Shown one piece after another: positions 7,217 to 16,464 of a stretch of 49,033 bases of DNA. Position 1 is the first letter of the stretch, and each line of letters opens with the position of its first letter. The translations under genes were made by a program, and so were the position numbers. The notes under the pieces are model-generated. The model had not been told where the DNA came from. It did no database searches and worked only from the letters and a program-made list of their open reading frames with translations. This DNA is from Gemmatimonadales bacterium (GTDB lineage: Bacteria > Gemmatimonadota > Gemmatimonadetes > Gemmatimonadales > GWC2-71-9): the NCBI GenBank assembly GCA_035763885.1, contig DASUAH010000081.1:1-49033 (forward strand), in the 5' to 3' direction.

Positions 7217-9450
7217 GGAAAGCGCATCGTGGCGAGGAGCCGCTTGAACCGCGGGTCCGCACGCAGCGGGTCGAGCCTCGGGTCCACCTGGAGCAGCGCC
7301 ATCCAGTGGGTCCGTTCGGCGTGGGCCTTCTCCAGCCAGACGATCGCGTCGTCGAGCCGGCCCAGTCCCCCGTGCACCACGGCGATGTCGTAGGACGAGA
7401 CGTACCGGCGCTGCGCCATGGCGGTGAGCTCGTCGAGCACAGTCTGCGCCTCCGCGCGGCGCCCGGACAGCGCAAGGCCGTGGGCCAGAAAGGCGAGATC
7501 CACCGGCTCGCGGTTGGACAGCCGCACCGCCTCCGCGAACTCGACCGCCGCCTCGGCCGGGGCGCCGGCCTGCTCCAGCGACAGTCCCAGCCACAGGTGC
7601 GACACGCCGAGATCGGGATCGATCGCCAGCGCGCGCCGCTGCTGCGCGATGGCCTCGCCGTACCGCCGGGCGAAGTAGTACCCCCAGCCGAGCGCCGCGT
7701 TCTTGATCGGCGACAGCGGATCGAGGTTCACCGCCTGCCAGAACTCCGACAGCGACTCGTCGGCCCGCCCGAGGATGGCAAGGCAGTTCCCGTACCACTG
7801 GTGGGCCGTGGCGTAGCTCGGGTTCAGCTCGATCGCGCGGCGGAACCCCTGCTCGGCACCGGCCCAATCCCAGTCGAAGTACATCTTGACGTACGCGAAC
7901 GCGGGATGCGCTTCGGCGAGGGCGGGATGCAGCCGGAGTGCGGCCTGGGCCGCCGCCTTCGCCCGGGGGAACGCTTCAGTGGGCGGCAACGCCGTGTAGA
8001 ACCCGAGGAGCACATAGGAATCCGCCAGCCCGACCTGCGCGAGCGCGTACTCCGGATCGCGTTCCAGCGCCTGCTCGAAGTAGCGGAGCCCCTTCCGGAG
8101 CGCGTCCTCCGATCGCCGGTTCCACAGCTGGCGCCCCTTGAGGTACAGCGTGTAGGCCTCGAAGTCGGCGGTGGGAGGCTTCACCAGCGCCGCCCGCAAG
8201 GGCCCCAGCAGCCGCACCTCCAGCGCGCGCACGATCCCGCGCGAGATCTCGTCCTGGATCGCGAACACGTCCTCCATCTCGCGATCGAACGTGTCGGACC
8301 AGAGCTGGTAGCCGTTGGCGACATCGACGAGTTGCACGGCGACGCGCAGCCGGCGCCCCGCCCGACGTACGCTTCCCTCCAGCACGCTGGCGACGTTCAG
8401 CTGTCCGCCGATGGCGCGGACGTCCTGCTGCCTGCCCTTGAACGCGAAGACCGATGTGCGGGACACCACGTGGACGCCGGGAAGCTTGGCCAGCGCGTTG
8501 ATCAGCTCGTCGGTCATCCCGTCCGCGAAGAACTCGTTTTCGGGATCGGCGCTGAGATTGGCAAAGGGCAATACCGCGATGGAGGGGGGCGCCGCTCGCG
8601 CGGCGACCACCTCCGTGGTCGCCGCCGGGGTGAGCGCCCGGCCGAACTCCGCGGCGGTGGGGAAGCGATCGTCGGGGCTCCGGGCCAGCGCCCGCAACAC
8701 TGCCTGCTCGATCGAGTGCGGCACGCCGTCGGCGCCGGTGCGCAGCGGCGGCACTGGATCGGTGAAGCGCCGGGCCATCACCGCCTGGACAGTGGGTCCC
8801 GTGAACGGCGGGCGGCCGGCCAGCATCTCGTAGAGCACGCAGCCGAGCGAATAGATGTCGCTCCGGCCGTCGATCTCCCGCTCCCCGGCGGCCTGCTCGG
8901 GACTCATGTACGCCGCGGTGCCCACCACCAGGCCGGTCGCCGTGAGCTGCTCGTCGGCGGCCGCGACCGCGCGCGCCACCCCGAAATCGGCGAGCAGGGC
9001 GTGCTGCTCGGCAACCAGGATGTTCTCCGGCTTCACGTCGCGGTGGACGACGCCGCGCCGATGGGCGTAGTCCAGCGCATCGGCGACCTCGCGCGCGAGG
9101 CGGAGCGCCGGGTCGAGCGGCAGGCGCGATTCGCGCGCGAGCCTGTCGCGCAGGCTCTCGCCCTCCACGTAGGGCATCGTGTACCACAGGTGCCCCGCCG
9201 CGTCGCCGGACTCGAACACGGGGAGGATGTGGGGGTGCTGGAGGCGGGCCGCGAGCCGGATCTCGCGGAGGAACCGCTCGGGACCGAGGCTTGCCGTGAG
9301 CTGCGGATGCAGCACCTTGAGCGCCACGAGGCGTTCGTGCCGCACGTCGCGCGCGAGATATACCGTGGCCGTACCGCCGCGCCCCAGCTCATGCTGCAGC
9401 ACGTAGCGATCCTGGAGCGCTTGGGCGAGCGACGAGACGACGGGATGCAC
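7213..9450 (-). CDS. Ser/Thr protein kinase with central TolB-N-like domain and C-terminal TPR repeats
   Basis: GRGGTATVYLA...ALK, HRDVKPENIL, DFGVA and SPEQ kinase subdomains. Then PSIAVLPFANLSADPENEFFADGMTDELI, then a long TPR-like region (YALAQVGLADSYVLLG, AIELNPSYATAH...). GTG start. Confidence 0.9.
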   Translation of the reverse strand: MHPVVSSLAQALQDRYVLQHELGRGGTATVYLARDVRHERLVALKVLHPQLTASLGPERFLREIRLAARLQHPHILPVFESGDAAGHLWYTMPYVEGESLRDRLARESRLPLDPALRLAREVADALDYAHRRGVVHRDVKPENILVAEQHALLADFGVARAVAAADEQLTATGLVVGTAAYMSPEQAAGEREIDGRSDIYSLGCVLYEMLAGRPPFTGPTVQAVMARRFTDPVPPLRTGADGVPHSIEQAVLRALARSPDDRFPTAAEFGRALTPAATTEVVAARAAPPSIAVLPFANLSADPENEFFADGMTDELINALAKLPGVHVVSRTSVFAFKGRQQDVRAIGGQLNVASVLEGSVRRAGRRLRVAVQLVDVANGYQLWSDTFDREMEDVFAIQDEISRGIVRALEVRLLGPLRAALVKPPTADFEAYTLYLKGRQLWNRRSEDALRKGLRYFEQALERDPEYALAQVGLADSYVLLGFYTALPPTEAFPRAKAAAQAALRLHPALAEAHPAFAYVKMYFDWDWAGAEQGFRRAIELNPSYATAHQWYGNCLAILGRADESLSEFWQAVNLDPLSPIKNAALGWGYYFARRYGEAIAQQRRALAIDPDLGVSHLWLGLSLEQAGAPAEAAVEFAEAVRLSNREPVDLAFLAHGLALSGRRAEAQTVLDELTAMAQRRYVSSYDIAVVHGGLGRLDDAIVWLEKAHAERTHWMALLQVDPRLDPLRADPRFKRLLATMRFP

Positions 9451-9529
9451 GGTGGAGCCGCGCGGGAAGGGACGCTCGAATCTGCGGACCGGGAGCGCGA
9501 TGCGCCAGAGAACAGGGAACGCTGCGCGC

Positions 9530-10162
9530 TCAGCGGATCAGCCCGTGCTGCGCCGCATACCGGACCAGGTCCGCGTTGCTCGCGAGCTTCATCTTCTCCA
9601 GGATCCGTGACCGGTAGGTGCTCACGGTTTTCGGGCTCAAGCCGAGCTGCTCGGAGATCTCCTTCACCGTCCGACCCGAACCCAGCAGGCAGAGCACGTC
9701 GTACTCCCGATCGGAGAGGCGCTCGTGGGGCCACCCGTCCGCGCCGATCTCGAGCCCCACGGCCAGCCGCTCGGCGAGGGACGCGCTCACATATTTGCCC
9801 CCGCGGTGGACCTTGCGGATGGCGGCGACCAGCTCCTCGGGCGAATGATCCTTGGTCAGGTAGCCCGCCGCCCCCGCGCGCAGGGCGCGCACGGCGTATT
9901 GGTCCTCGGGGTGCACGCTCAGCACGAGCACCGGCAGCCGGGGCTGCGACTGCTTGAGCTCCTTCAGCACCTCCAGGAACCCGGGCCCCGGCATCGAGAC
10001 GTCGAGCAGCAGCACGTCCGCCGGGATGCGCCCGATCAGCGCGAGCAGCTCGTTGCCGTCCGACGCCTCCCCCACCACCTGCATCCCCGGCTCCTCATCG
10101 ATGATGCGGCGGAGCCCCGCCCGCACCACCGGATGATCGTCAGCCAGGCAGAGCCGGATCAT
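9530..10162 (-). CDS. NarL/LuxR-family response regulator
   Basis: Receiver domain (RLCLADDHPVV..., LLLDVSMPG) plus C-terminal LuxR HTH (LSDREYDVLCLLGSGRTVKEISEQLGLSPKTVSTYRSRI). The ATG at 10162 overlaps the kinase stop (ATGA). Confidence 0.9.
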   Translation of the reverse strand: MIRLCLADDHPVVRAGLRRIIDEEPGMQVVGEASDGNELLALIGRIPADVLLLDVSMPGPGFLEVLKELKQSQPRLPVLVLSVHPEDQYAVRALRAGAAGYLTKDHSPEELVAAIRKVHRGGKYVSASLAERLAVGLEIGADGWPHERLSDREYDVLCLLGSGRTVKEISEQLGLSPKTVSTYRSRILEKMKLASNADLVRYAAQHGLIR

Positions 10163-11442
10163 CTCGCCTCCGCGGGACCGAGGGGGATCCGCGCCGTGAC
10201 GGTGGTCCCCTGCCCCGGAAACCCCTCGATCGTGCACTCGCCGCTGCACGCGATCGCGCGCTCCCGGATCCCCACCAGCCCCAGCGATCGGAGGCCGGTG
10301 CGCTCCGCCTCGCTGATGCCGCGCCCGTCGTCCACCACCCGGAGGCTGACCTCCGCGGGGCCGAGGGCAAGCGTAATGTCGACCCGGCTCGCGCCCGCGT
10401 GGCGCGCCACGTTGGTGAGCGACTCCTGCAGGATCCGGAACACCGTGGTGGCGCGGGCGTCGTCCACGGCCGGGTGCGCGGAGGTCACCTGCAGTCGCAC
10501 CACGGTGCCGGTGCGCTTCTCGAACTCCTGCGCCTGCCACTCCACCGCCGCCACCAGGCCGAGGTGATCGAGCACGCTGGGACGGAGCTCGGTCGCGATC
10601 CGCCGCACCGCGTCTATGGTCCCGTCGATCCGGGTGACCACCGACTGAACCCGCTCGGCCAGGTCCGGCCGGTCGCGGAGCCGCGACTTGAGCCAGGAGA
10701 GATCGAGGCGAAGTCCGGTAAGCGCCTGGCCGAGCTCGTCGTGCACCTCGCGGCTGATCCGGGTCCGCTCGTCCTCTCGCACCGACTGGAGTCGCGCCGC
10801 CAGTGCGCGCAGCTCCTCGCGCGAGCGGCGGACGCCGTCCTCGGCCGTCCGGCGCGCGGTGATGTCGCGCTGGATCCCGAAGTGGCCCATGAGCCGCCCG
10901 TCGGGCGCGTAGAGGCAGATGTAGTCGCCCTCGATCCAGACCGGCCTGCCGTCCAGCCGGCGTTCCTCGGTTTCGGCGTGGAGGCGGCCGGCGTCCAGGA
11001 ACTCGCGCCAGACGCGCCGGCCATAGACCGGGTCGTGGGCGTAGAGCGCGGCCGGCGTGAGACCGACGAGCTGTTCCGGGCGCGCGCCGTACTGCGCGGC
11101 CATGGCGTCGTTTACCCGGGTGATCCGCTGGTGCTCGAACACCCAGTCCAGCACCTCCTCCTTGTCCACCGACTCGTCCCACCGGACCGGGTCGTCGAGC
11201 ATCATGAAGAAGAAGCCGTCCAGCGACTGCGAGAAGAACAGCTCCAGCAGGCGCTGGCTCTCCTGCAGGGCCTTCTCGGCCGGATGCAGCGGCGGCGCGG
11301 CCGCCGGCGGGGCCGGGGAAACCGGGGGCGACGCGCCCAGCACCTGCCGGAGGTAGGCCAGGCGGGTGAGGCCGGAGTCTCCCGGCTTGGGGAACGTGCC
11401 GGGCGGCGGAGAGTCGGCGGCGGGATCGGGCATGATAGGCAT
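10159..11442 (-). CDS. cytoplasmic PAS sensor histidine kinase (HisKA_3 type)
   Basis: PAS-like region, H-box EVHDELGQALTGLRLDL, ATPase blocks NVARHAGAS and DDGRGI. No TM segment. Alternative start at ATG 11433. Confidence 0.85.
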   Translation of the reverse strand: MPIMPDPAADSPPPGTFPKPGDSGLTRLAYLRQVLGASPPVSPAPPAAAPPLHPAEKALQESQRLLELFFSQSLDGFFFMMLDDPVRWDESVDKEEVLDWVFEHQRITRVNDAMAAQYGARPEQLVGLTPAALYAHDPVYGRRVWREFLDAGRLHAETEERRLDGRPVWIEGDYICLYAPDGRLMGHFGIQRDITARRTAEDGVRRSREELRALAARLQSVREDERTRISREVHDELGQALTGLRLDLSWLKSRLRDRPDLAERVQSVVTRIDGTIDAVRRIATELRPSVLDHLGLVAAVEWQAQEFEKRTGTVVRLQVTSAHPAVDDARATTVFRILQESLTNVARHAGASRVDITLALGPAEVSLRVVDDGRGISEAERTGLRSLGLVGIRERAIACSGECTIEGFPGQGTTVTARIPLGPAEAR

Positions 11443-11468
11443 AGTATCGGGGGTGGGCGGGCGACAGT

Positions 11469-12029
11469 CTACGGCGCGAACGTCAGGTCCACGTGCACCA
11501 CGATCTCCTCGTGCATCCGCAGCATCCCGAACGCCTTCGTCAGGCCGCCAACCCGGTAGTCCTTGACGTTAAGCGGGGTGTCCGCCCGGACCCGGATCGC
11601 AGCGGGCTCGAACACCACGGTCGCGGGGAGCTCGGCGTCGTTCGTGACCCCGTGGATGGTGAACCGCCCGCGGAGCGTCACGTCCACCGTGTCGCCGCGC
11701 TCGGCACCCGGCACGACCTCCGTGAGATCGAAGCGCATGGTCGGGTACTTGTCCGATTCCATCGACTTGTTGAGGTCGCGGTCGCGTTTGCCGTTGCCCG
11801 TGACCAGGGTCTTCACCGGCGCTTCGACCCAGCCCCGCACCGCCGGGAGCGCTCCCCCGGTCATCTCGCCGCGCAGGGTGCTCGTGCTGCCGGTGAAGTC
11901 GCCGGCGGTGGCGCGGGCGTCGAAGCTCAGGGTGCCCTCGCGGAGCGTCGCGCTGGGCACCTCCCGCTGCGCCTGCGCGGGCCCGCCGAACACCACGAGG
12001 GCCACGAGGGCGAGGAGCGGCCCGGTCAT
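11469..12029 (-). CDS. YceI family periplasmic protein
   Basis: Signal peptide MTGPLLALVALVVFGGPAQAQ, then the YceI-like pattern (SFDARATAGDFTGSTSTLRGEM...GNGKRDRDL...MESDKYP...F). The start overlaps the upstream gene's stop (ATGA). Confidence 0.8.
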   Translation of the reverse strand: MTGPLLALVALVVFGGPAQAQREVPSATLREGTLSFDARATAGDFTGSTSTLRGEMTGGALPAVRGWVEAPVKTLVTGNGKRDRDLNKSMESDKYPTMRFDLTEVVPGAERGDTVDVTLRGRFTIHGVTNDAELPATVVFEPAAIRVRADTPLNVKDYRVGGLTKAFGMLRMHEEIVVHVDLTFAP

Positions 12030-12862
12030 GGGAGCAGCGAGCTCCGCAGCACGAGCCGCGCCGTGACCGCGTCCGACGGCATGGCGTACACCTCGCCGCT
12101 CAGCGTGAAGCGATACGACAGCACCCAGGTCGCGCCGCCGAACACGGCCAGCCGGTCGAGATTCACCAGCACCCGGGTGGTATCGACGTCACCGACGCTG
12201 TTGGTGAAGTTGACCTGGAAGCGGGGTTCCAGGCGGCTGTAGCCCGCGCCCAGGTACGGCCGGAGCCGTCCCCCCGCCGCCGGAGCCGAGACCGCGAGGT
12301 CGGCGCCGAACACGTTCGGGCTGTACTTGTCGTCCGATTCGGTGCCGTCGAAACACTCACTGCTCGGATCCGCCAGCGCCTCGTCGTTGCAGGTGATGGG
12401 CGCGCGGATGGACCCGATGGTCGCGTGGCCGCGGACCGCCACGATCACCCCGTCGATGTTCCCGAACGAGCGGCCGAGCGAGAAGCCGAACAGGTTGGGC
12501 TTGACCCCGCCGACCCGCGCCGGCGGCAGCCAGCTCGCCTCGAGCGCGAGGCCGAACGGCAGCGGCAGCGCGAGCCGGGGGCGCGGCAGCACCGGGGTGA
12601 GATTGACGTTCTCGGGTCCCTTCCCGGGGCGGCAGATGGTGGGGGTCGCGGTCGCGTCGTCGATGTGCGGCATGTACGCCGCCTCGAGCCCGAACCGGAG
12701 GCCGGGGAGCAGCTCGGGCGCCTGGGCGCGGCCGAACGCGAGCGACACCGACGTCATGCCGAACGCGTTCGCCTCGTTGGACGTCTTCGGCGGCCGGCAT
12801 TCCTGCGCGCCGAGCGCGAGGGGCAGCAGCACGACGAGCCCACCCACCAGCAGCGCCCCCAT
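12026..12862 (-). CDS. hypothetical secreted beta-rich protein (possible outer-membrane protein)
   Basis: Signal peptide MGALLVGGLVVLLPLALGAQ. Alternating hydrophobic/polar strands (LRPYLGAGYSRLEPRFQVNF, FGGATWVLSYRFTLSGEVYA). I recognise no family. Confidence 0.55.
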   Translation of the reverse strand: MGALLVGGLVVLLPLALGAQECRPPKTSNEANAFGMTSVSLAFGRAQAPELLPGLRFGLEAAYMPHIDDATATPTICRPGKGPENVNLTPVLPRPRLALPLPFGLALEASWLPPARVGGVKPNLFGFSLGRSFGNIDGVIVAVRGHATIGSIRAPITCNDEALADPSSECFDGTESDDKYSPNVFGADLAVSAPAAGGRLRPYLGAGYSRLEPRFQVNFTNSVGDVDTTRVLVNLDRLAVFGGATWVLSYRFTLSGEVYAMPSDAVTARLVLRSSLLP

Positions 12863-13141
12863 TACTGGACCACGATGGTGCCGCTCATGGCGGGCAGGTC
12901 CGCGTGGTCATGGTGGCGCACTCCGGCAAGGCGAGTCCTCAACATGCTCCGGCGGCCGGCTTCGGGGTGTAGGCGCGAGCGGCGAGACGCCTGCGAACTT
13001 CCGGTTGGTGCACGTAGGACGGCGGCTGACGCTCCGGCGTCCTGCCCCGGTCCGCGACGCCGTGCGCCTATGTCGGGAATCGGATCGGTGTGAGGACGCG
13101 GGAGCGGTAGGCCCCGTGGGTGAGCGGCGAGCGGGGATCCC

Positions 13142-14770
13142 TCACCGCTCGCCCATGTAGGCATACCTCCAGTCCCGCGGAGACGCGAGCGTCTCCTTGA
13201 TCGTCCGCGGCGAGACCCAGCGCAGCAGGTTCAGCATGGAGCCCGCCTTGTCGTTGGTCCCGCTCGCCCGCGCACCGCCGAAGGGTTGCTGGCCCACCAC
13301 CGCACCGGTCGGCTTGTCGTTCACGTAGTAGTTGCCCGCCGCATGGCGGAGCGCCCGGTCGGCCTCGCGGATCGCGGCGCGGTCCCGCGAGAAGATCGCG
13401 CCGGTGAGCGCGTACGGACCGGTGCGGTCCACCAGCTCGAGCGTCTCCCGCCAGCGACCGGCGGGATAGACATGCACCGCGAGCACCGGGCCGAAGATCT
13501 CCTCGCACATGATCCGGTAGCCGGGATCCTCCACCTCGAACAGCGTCGGCTGCACGAACCAGCCCACCGAATCGTCCGTCCCGCCGCCCGCGAGGAGCCG
13601 TACGCCGGGCGCCTGTTTCGCGTGGTCGATGTAGCCGCGGATCTTCTCGAACGCCCGGCGGTCGATCACGGCGCCCATGAAGTTGCGGAAGTCGGCGACG
13701 TCACCCACGCGGAGCTCGCCGATCGCCGCGACCAGCCGGTCCCGCACCTCGGGCCAGATGCTGTCCGGGATGTATGCGCGGGAGGCGGCGCTGCACTTCT
13801 GCCCCTGGTACTCGTAGGCCCCGCGGATCAGGCCCGTCACCAGGGCGTCCACGTCGGCGCTCTCGTGGGCCACCACGAAGTCCTTGCCCCCGGTCTCCCC
13901 GACCAGCCGGGGATAGGCCCCGTAGCGCTGCAGGTTCTCCGCGGCGCGCTTCCAGAGGAGCTGGAAGACGGCGGTGGAACCCGTGAAGTGGATCCCCGCG
14001 AACGCCCGGTGCTCCAGCAGCACGTCGCTCACGTCCACCGAGTTGCCGGGGACGAAGTTGATCACGCCGGGCGGGAGGCCGGCTTCCTGGAGCAGCCGGA
14101 AGAAGTGCCAGTTGCTCAGGCAGGCGGTCGCCGCCGGCTTCCAGATCGCGACGTTCCCCATCAGCGCCGGCGCGCTGGGCAGGTTCGCGCCGATGGCAGT
14201 GAAGTTGAACGGCGTCACCGCGTAGACGAACCCCTCGAGCGGGCGGTAGTCGAGCCGGTTCCAGGCGCCCGGAGACGACTCCGGTTGCTCCCGGTACACC
14301 CGCTCGGCGTAGTACACGTTGAACCGCAGGAAGTCGATCAGCTCGCACGCGCTGTCGATCTCCGCCTGGAACGCGGTCTTGCTCTGCCCCAGCATGGTGG
14401 CGGCATTGAGCAGCTGGCGGTGGGAGGTCGCCAGCAGCTCGGCGGCCCTGAGGAAGACCGCCGCCCGATCCTCGAACCGCCAGTGGGCCCATTCGCGCTG
14501 CGCCTCGAGCGCGGCGGCCACCGCCCGCGCCACGATGCCGCGGTCGGCCTGGTGCACCCGGGCGAGCACGCGCTGGTGGCAGTGGGGCGAGGTGACCGGC
14601 TCGGTGCGGCCGGCGCGGACCTCCTGCCCGCCGATGACGATCGGGATGTCGATCACCTGGCCACCGACGGCGCCGAGCGACTGCTTCAGCGCGGCTCGCT
14701 CCGGGCTGCCCGGGACGTAGGAGAGGACGGGCTCGTTCTGGGGGACCGGAATGTTGGGGAAGCCGGACAT
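13142..14770 (-). CDS. pruA: L-glutamate gamma-semialdehyde (1-pyrroline-5-carboxylate) dehydrogenase
   Basis: 542 aa, collinear with PruA/RocA-type ALDH: N-terminal PVPQNEPVLSYVPGSPERAAL, GETGGKDF, catalytic GQKCSAASR. Confidence 0.9.
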   Translation of the reverse strand: MSGFPNIPVPQNEPVLSYVPGSPERAALKQSLGAVGGQVIDIPIVIGGQEVRAGRTEPVTSPHCHQRVLARVHQADRGIVARAVAAALEAQREWAHWRFEDRAAVFLRAAELLATSHRQLLNAATMLGQSKTAFQAEIDSACELIDFLRFNVYYAERVYREQPESSPGAWNRLDYRPLEGFVYAVTPFNFTAIGANLPSAPALMGNVAIWKPAATACLSNWHFFRLLQEAGLPPGVINFVPGNSVDVSDVLLEHRAFAGIHFTGSTAVFQLLWKRAAENLQRYGAYPRLVGETGGKDFVVAHESADVDALVTGLIRGAYEYQGQKCSAASRAYIPDSIWPEVRDRLVAAIGELRVGDVADFRNFMGAVIDRRAFEKIRGYIDHAKQAPGVRLLAGGGTDDSVGWFVQPTLFEVEDPGYRIMCEEIFGPVLAVHVYPAGRWRETLELVDRTGPYALTGAIFSRDRAAIREADRALRHAAGNYYVNDKPTGAVVGQQPFGGARASGTNDKAGSMLNLLRWVSPRTIKETLASPRDWRYAYMGER

Positions 14771-14820
14771 GGGAATGCTGCTCGATGGTCGAAGGGCAAC
14801 GGCCTAGCTCCGTCCCTAAG

Positions 14821-15780
14821 CTAATCGCGGGCCCTGCTCCCCGTGATTCCCTCCGGCGGGGTACCGGGCCCCGCTACCCGGGGCGTGGCCAGCGGCACGA
14901 ACCCGTTCGCCCGCAGGATCGCGTTCCCCGCGGGCGACACCAGAAAGCGGGCGAACGCCGCGGCCGTGGCGGGGTGGGCCGCCCGCAACGGTATGGTGAA
15001 CGCGTAGACGATCGGCTCGCCCCTGATCTCGACCGAATCAGCGTCCTGCACAGCACCCGGCACCCGAGCCGACGCCAGGACGTAGCGCTCCGCGAGGTCA
15101 GGGTCGCCCAGGTTCACCTCGCGCGGGATCGCCACGTATCGCAATCCACGCTGGCGGGCCACTGCCTCGTACTCCCAGGCGTAGTCGAGCTCGCCGGCCT
15201 GCAGCAGGGCGACCAGGTCGGCGGACTTCGGGCGGACATATCGGGCGGGCACCGCTGCCCGCAGGCGATTGGCCAACCCCGGTTGCCCGTAATAGCGCTC
15301 CGCCAGCTGGTACACCATCAGCGCCCGGTATCCCGCCGGGTCGAGGCTGGGGTCCGAGTACCCGGTCCGGACCCCTGGTCGCAGGAGCACGCGCCACCAG
15401 TTGTCCGGCGTGATGTCGCCCGAGCCGCTGGCGCCCTCCGAGTAGGCGAGCACCATCTCGCTGCGGGCGAACAGCGCATACCACGACGCGTGCACGGGGA
15501 TCAGCAGTTTCGGAATGACCCCGTAATCCGCCACGGCCAGCAGATCCGGAATCTTCCCGAGCTCGGTCAGCTTCCGCGCGGCCTCGAGGCTGCCGGAGTT
15601 CTCCTGTGCCGGCCGCACATCGCGATGGTGCGCCGTGAACGCCTGCAGCGCCTCGCGGATGGGCTTCGCCAAGCTGCCGGCGTTGAACACGACCAGCGGG
15701 CCGGCGACGCGCTGCTGCGCAGCGGCCGTTGCGCGAACAACCAGCCCCAGCAGCAGCGCGAGCAACGTCGAGCGGATCAC
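14821..15780 (-). CDS. periplasmic oxyanion (molybdate/tungstate ModA/WtpA-like) substrate-binding protein
   Basis: Signal peptide VIRSTLLALLLGLVVRATAAAQ, then VVFNAGSLAKPI (AGSL motif of ModA/WtpA-type SBPs). GTG 15780 is preceded by AGGAG at 6-nt spacing. The upstream in-frame ATG 15840 lacks an RBS. Confidence 0.7.
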   Translation of the reverse strand: MIRSTLLALLLGLVVRATAAAQQRVAGPLVVFNAGSLAKPIREALQAFTAHHRDVRPAQENSGSLEAARKLTELGKIPDLLAVADYGVIPKLLIPVHASWYALFARSEMVLAYSEGASGSGDITPDNWWRVLLRPGVRTGYSDPSLDPAGYRALMVYQLAERYYGQPGLANRLRAAVPARYVRPKSADLVALLQAGELDYAWEYEAVARQRGLRYVAIPREVNLGDPDLAERYVLASARVPGAVQDADSVEIRGEPIVYAFTIPLRAAHPATAAAFARFLVSPAGNAILRANGFVPLATPRVAGPGTPPEGITGSRARD

Positions 15781-15812
15781 CCGGATCTCCTGGTGGGTTA
15801 TGTTAGCAGCGC

Positions 15813-16238
15813 ATGCCGAACACCGCGCGTCCCTCAGCATCCCACCGCGGGGCCGGTCGCCTGCCGCCCGGCATCAGCGGCCAGATCAAGGGCTGGCTCA
15901 ACCTCGACGGCCGGTTCTTTCTGGGCCCCCGCTACGTCACCTTGCTGGAAGGGATCGACGCCACGGGCACGATCCGCGACGGCTGCCGCCGCACGCAGAT
16001 GAGCTACCGGACCTGCCTCAACCGGATCCGGCAGATGGAGCGCGCGCTCGGGCGACCGCTGGTCGTCACCGCTCGCGGGGGCGCCGCGGGGGGGCGCGCC
16101 GAGCTGACCGCCGAGGCCCGGCGCCTCGTCCGGCTGTACCGCGGGTGGAGGGACCGGATGGAGCAGGAGACCCGCCGCGCGTTTGCCGCCGCCCGCCGCG
16201 ATCTGGCAGGCTCCCGCCACCGGGCCCGGAGCCGATAG
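15813..16238 (+). CDS. ModE N-terminal-domain-like winged-helix regulator (no Mop domains)
   Basis: LGPRYVTLLEGIDATGTIRDGCRRTQMSYRTCLNRIRQMERALGRPLVVTARGGAAGGRAELTAEARRLVRLY parallels the ModE N-terminal HTH, including the GG(x)GGG A-L-T segment. Divergent from the oxyanion SBP with only a 32-nt intergenic gap. Confidence 0.65.
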   Translation: MPNTARPSASHRGAGRLPPGISGQIKGWLNLDGRFFLGPRYVTLLEGIDATGTIRDGCRRTQMSYRTCLNRIRQMERALGRPLVVTARGGAAGGRAELTAEARRLVRLYRGWRDRMEQETRRAFAAARRDLAGSRHRARSR

Positions 16239-16464
16239 GCACACCGCTGCACATCGCAGGAGACGGCCGTAACCTCGCCGGCGGACGGGGGGACGTCAAC
16301 CAGCGCGGGGGCGGATGCGAGCGGCTGCGTGTGGAGGCGCGACGCGTCACGGTCGAGCGGGCTCGCGCGGGGATCAGGCGGCCGCGGCCCTTGAAACGGG
16401 CATCGGCAGGATGGGCTCTCCGGCGCGGCGTCGATGGTATATTATCGGCCAACCCGGAGACGAC

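Noticed and set aside
3979-9957. Very long ORFs on the opposite strand or in shifted frames of real genes, for example 3979-6606 (875 aa), 4601-7030 (809 aa) and 6775-9957 (1060 aa). Similar ones occur throughout, such as 20663-23215, 23954-26035 (N-terminal part) and 33701-35785.
   Set aside because: Their translations are Arg/Gly/Pro/Ala-dominated low-complexity strings, typical of stop-codon-poor frames in about 70% GC DNA. Each overlaps a gene with clear family motifs.
12862-13164. A 100-aa ORF whose stop overlaps the start of the beta-rich protein gene (TAATG). Its tail ...RHHDHADLPAMSGTIVVQ faintly recalls a cupredoxin C-terminus.
   Set aside because: Most of the ORF is R/P/G junk and overlaps the pruA 3' end. 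The Cys ligand of a cupredoxin motif is absent, and there is no credible RBS for any internal start. At most it is a degraded remnant or a short leader peptide, which I cannot support.
16239-16464. A possible M-box (Mg2+) riboswitch upstream of the lipoprotein-cutA-mgtE operon.
   Set aside because: I could not find the conserved M-box sequence blocks by eye. The only feature is an extended -10-like TGGTATATT near 16431-16439. cmsearch with the Rfam M-box model would settle it.
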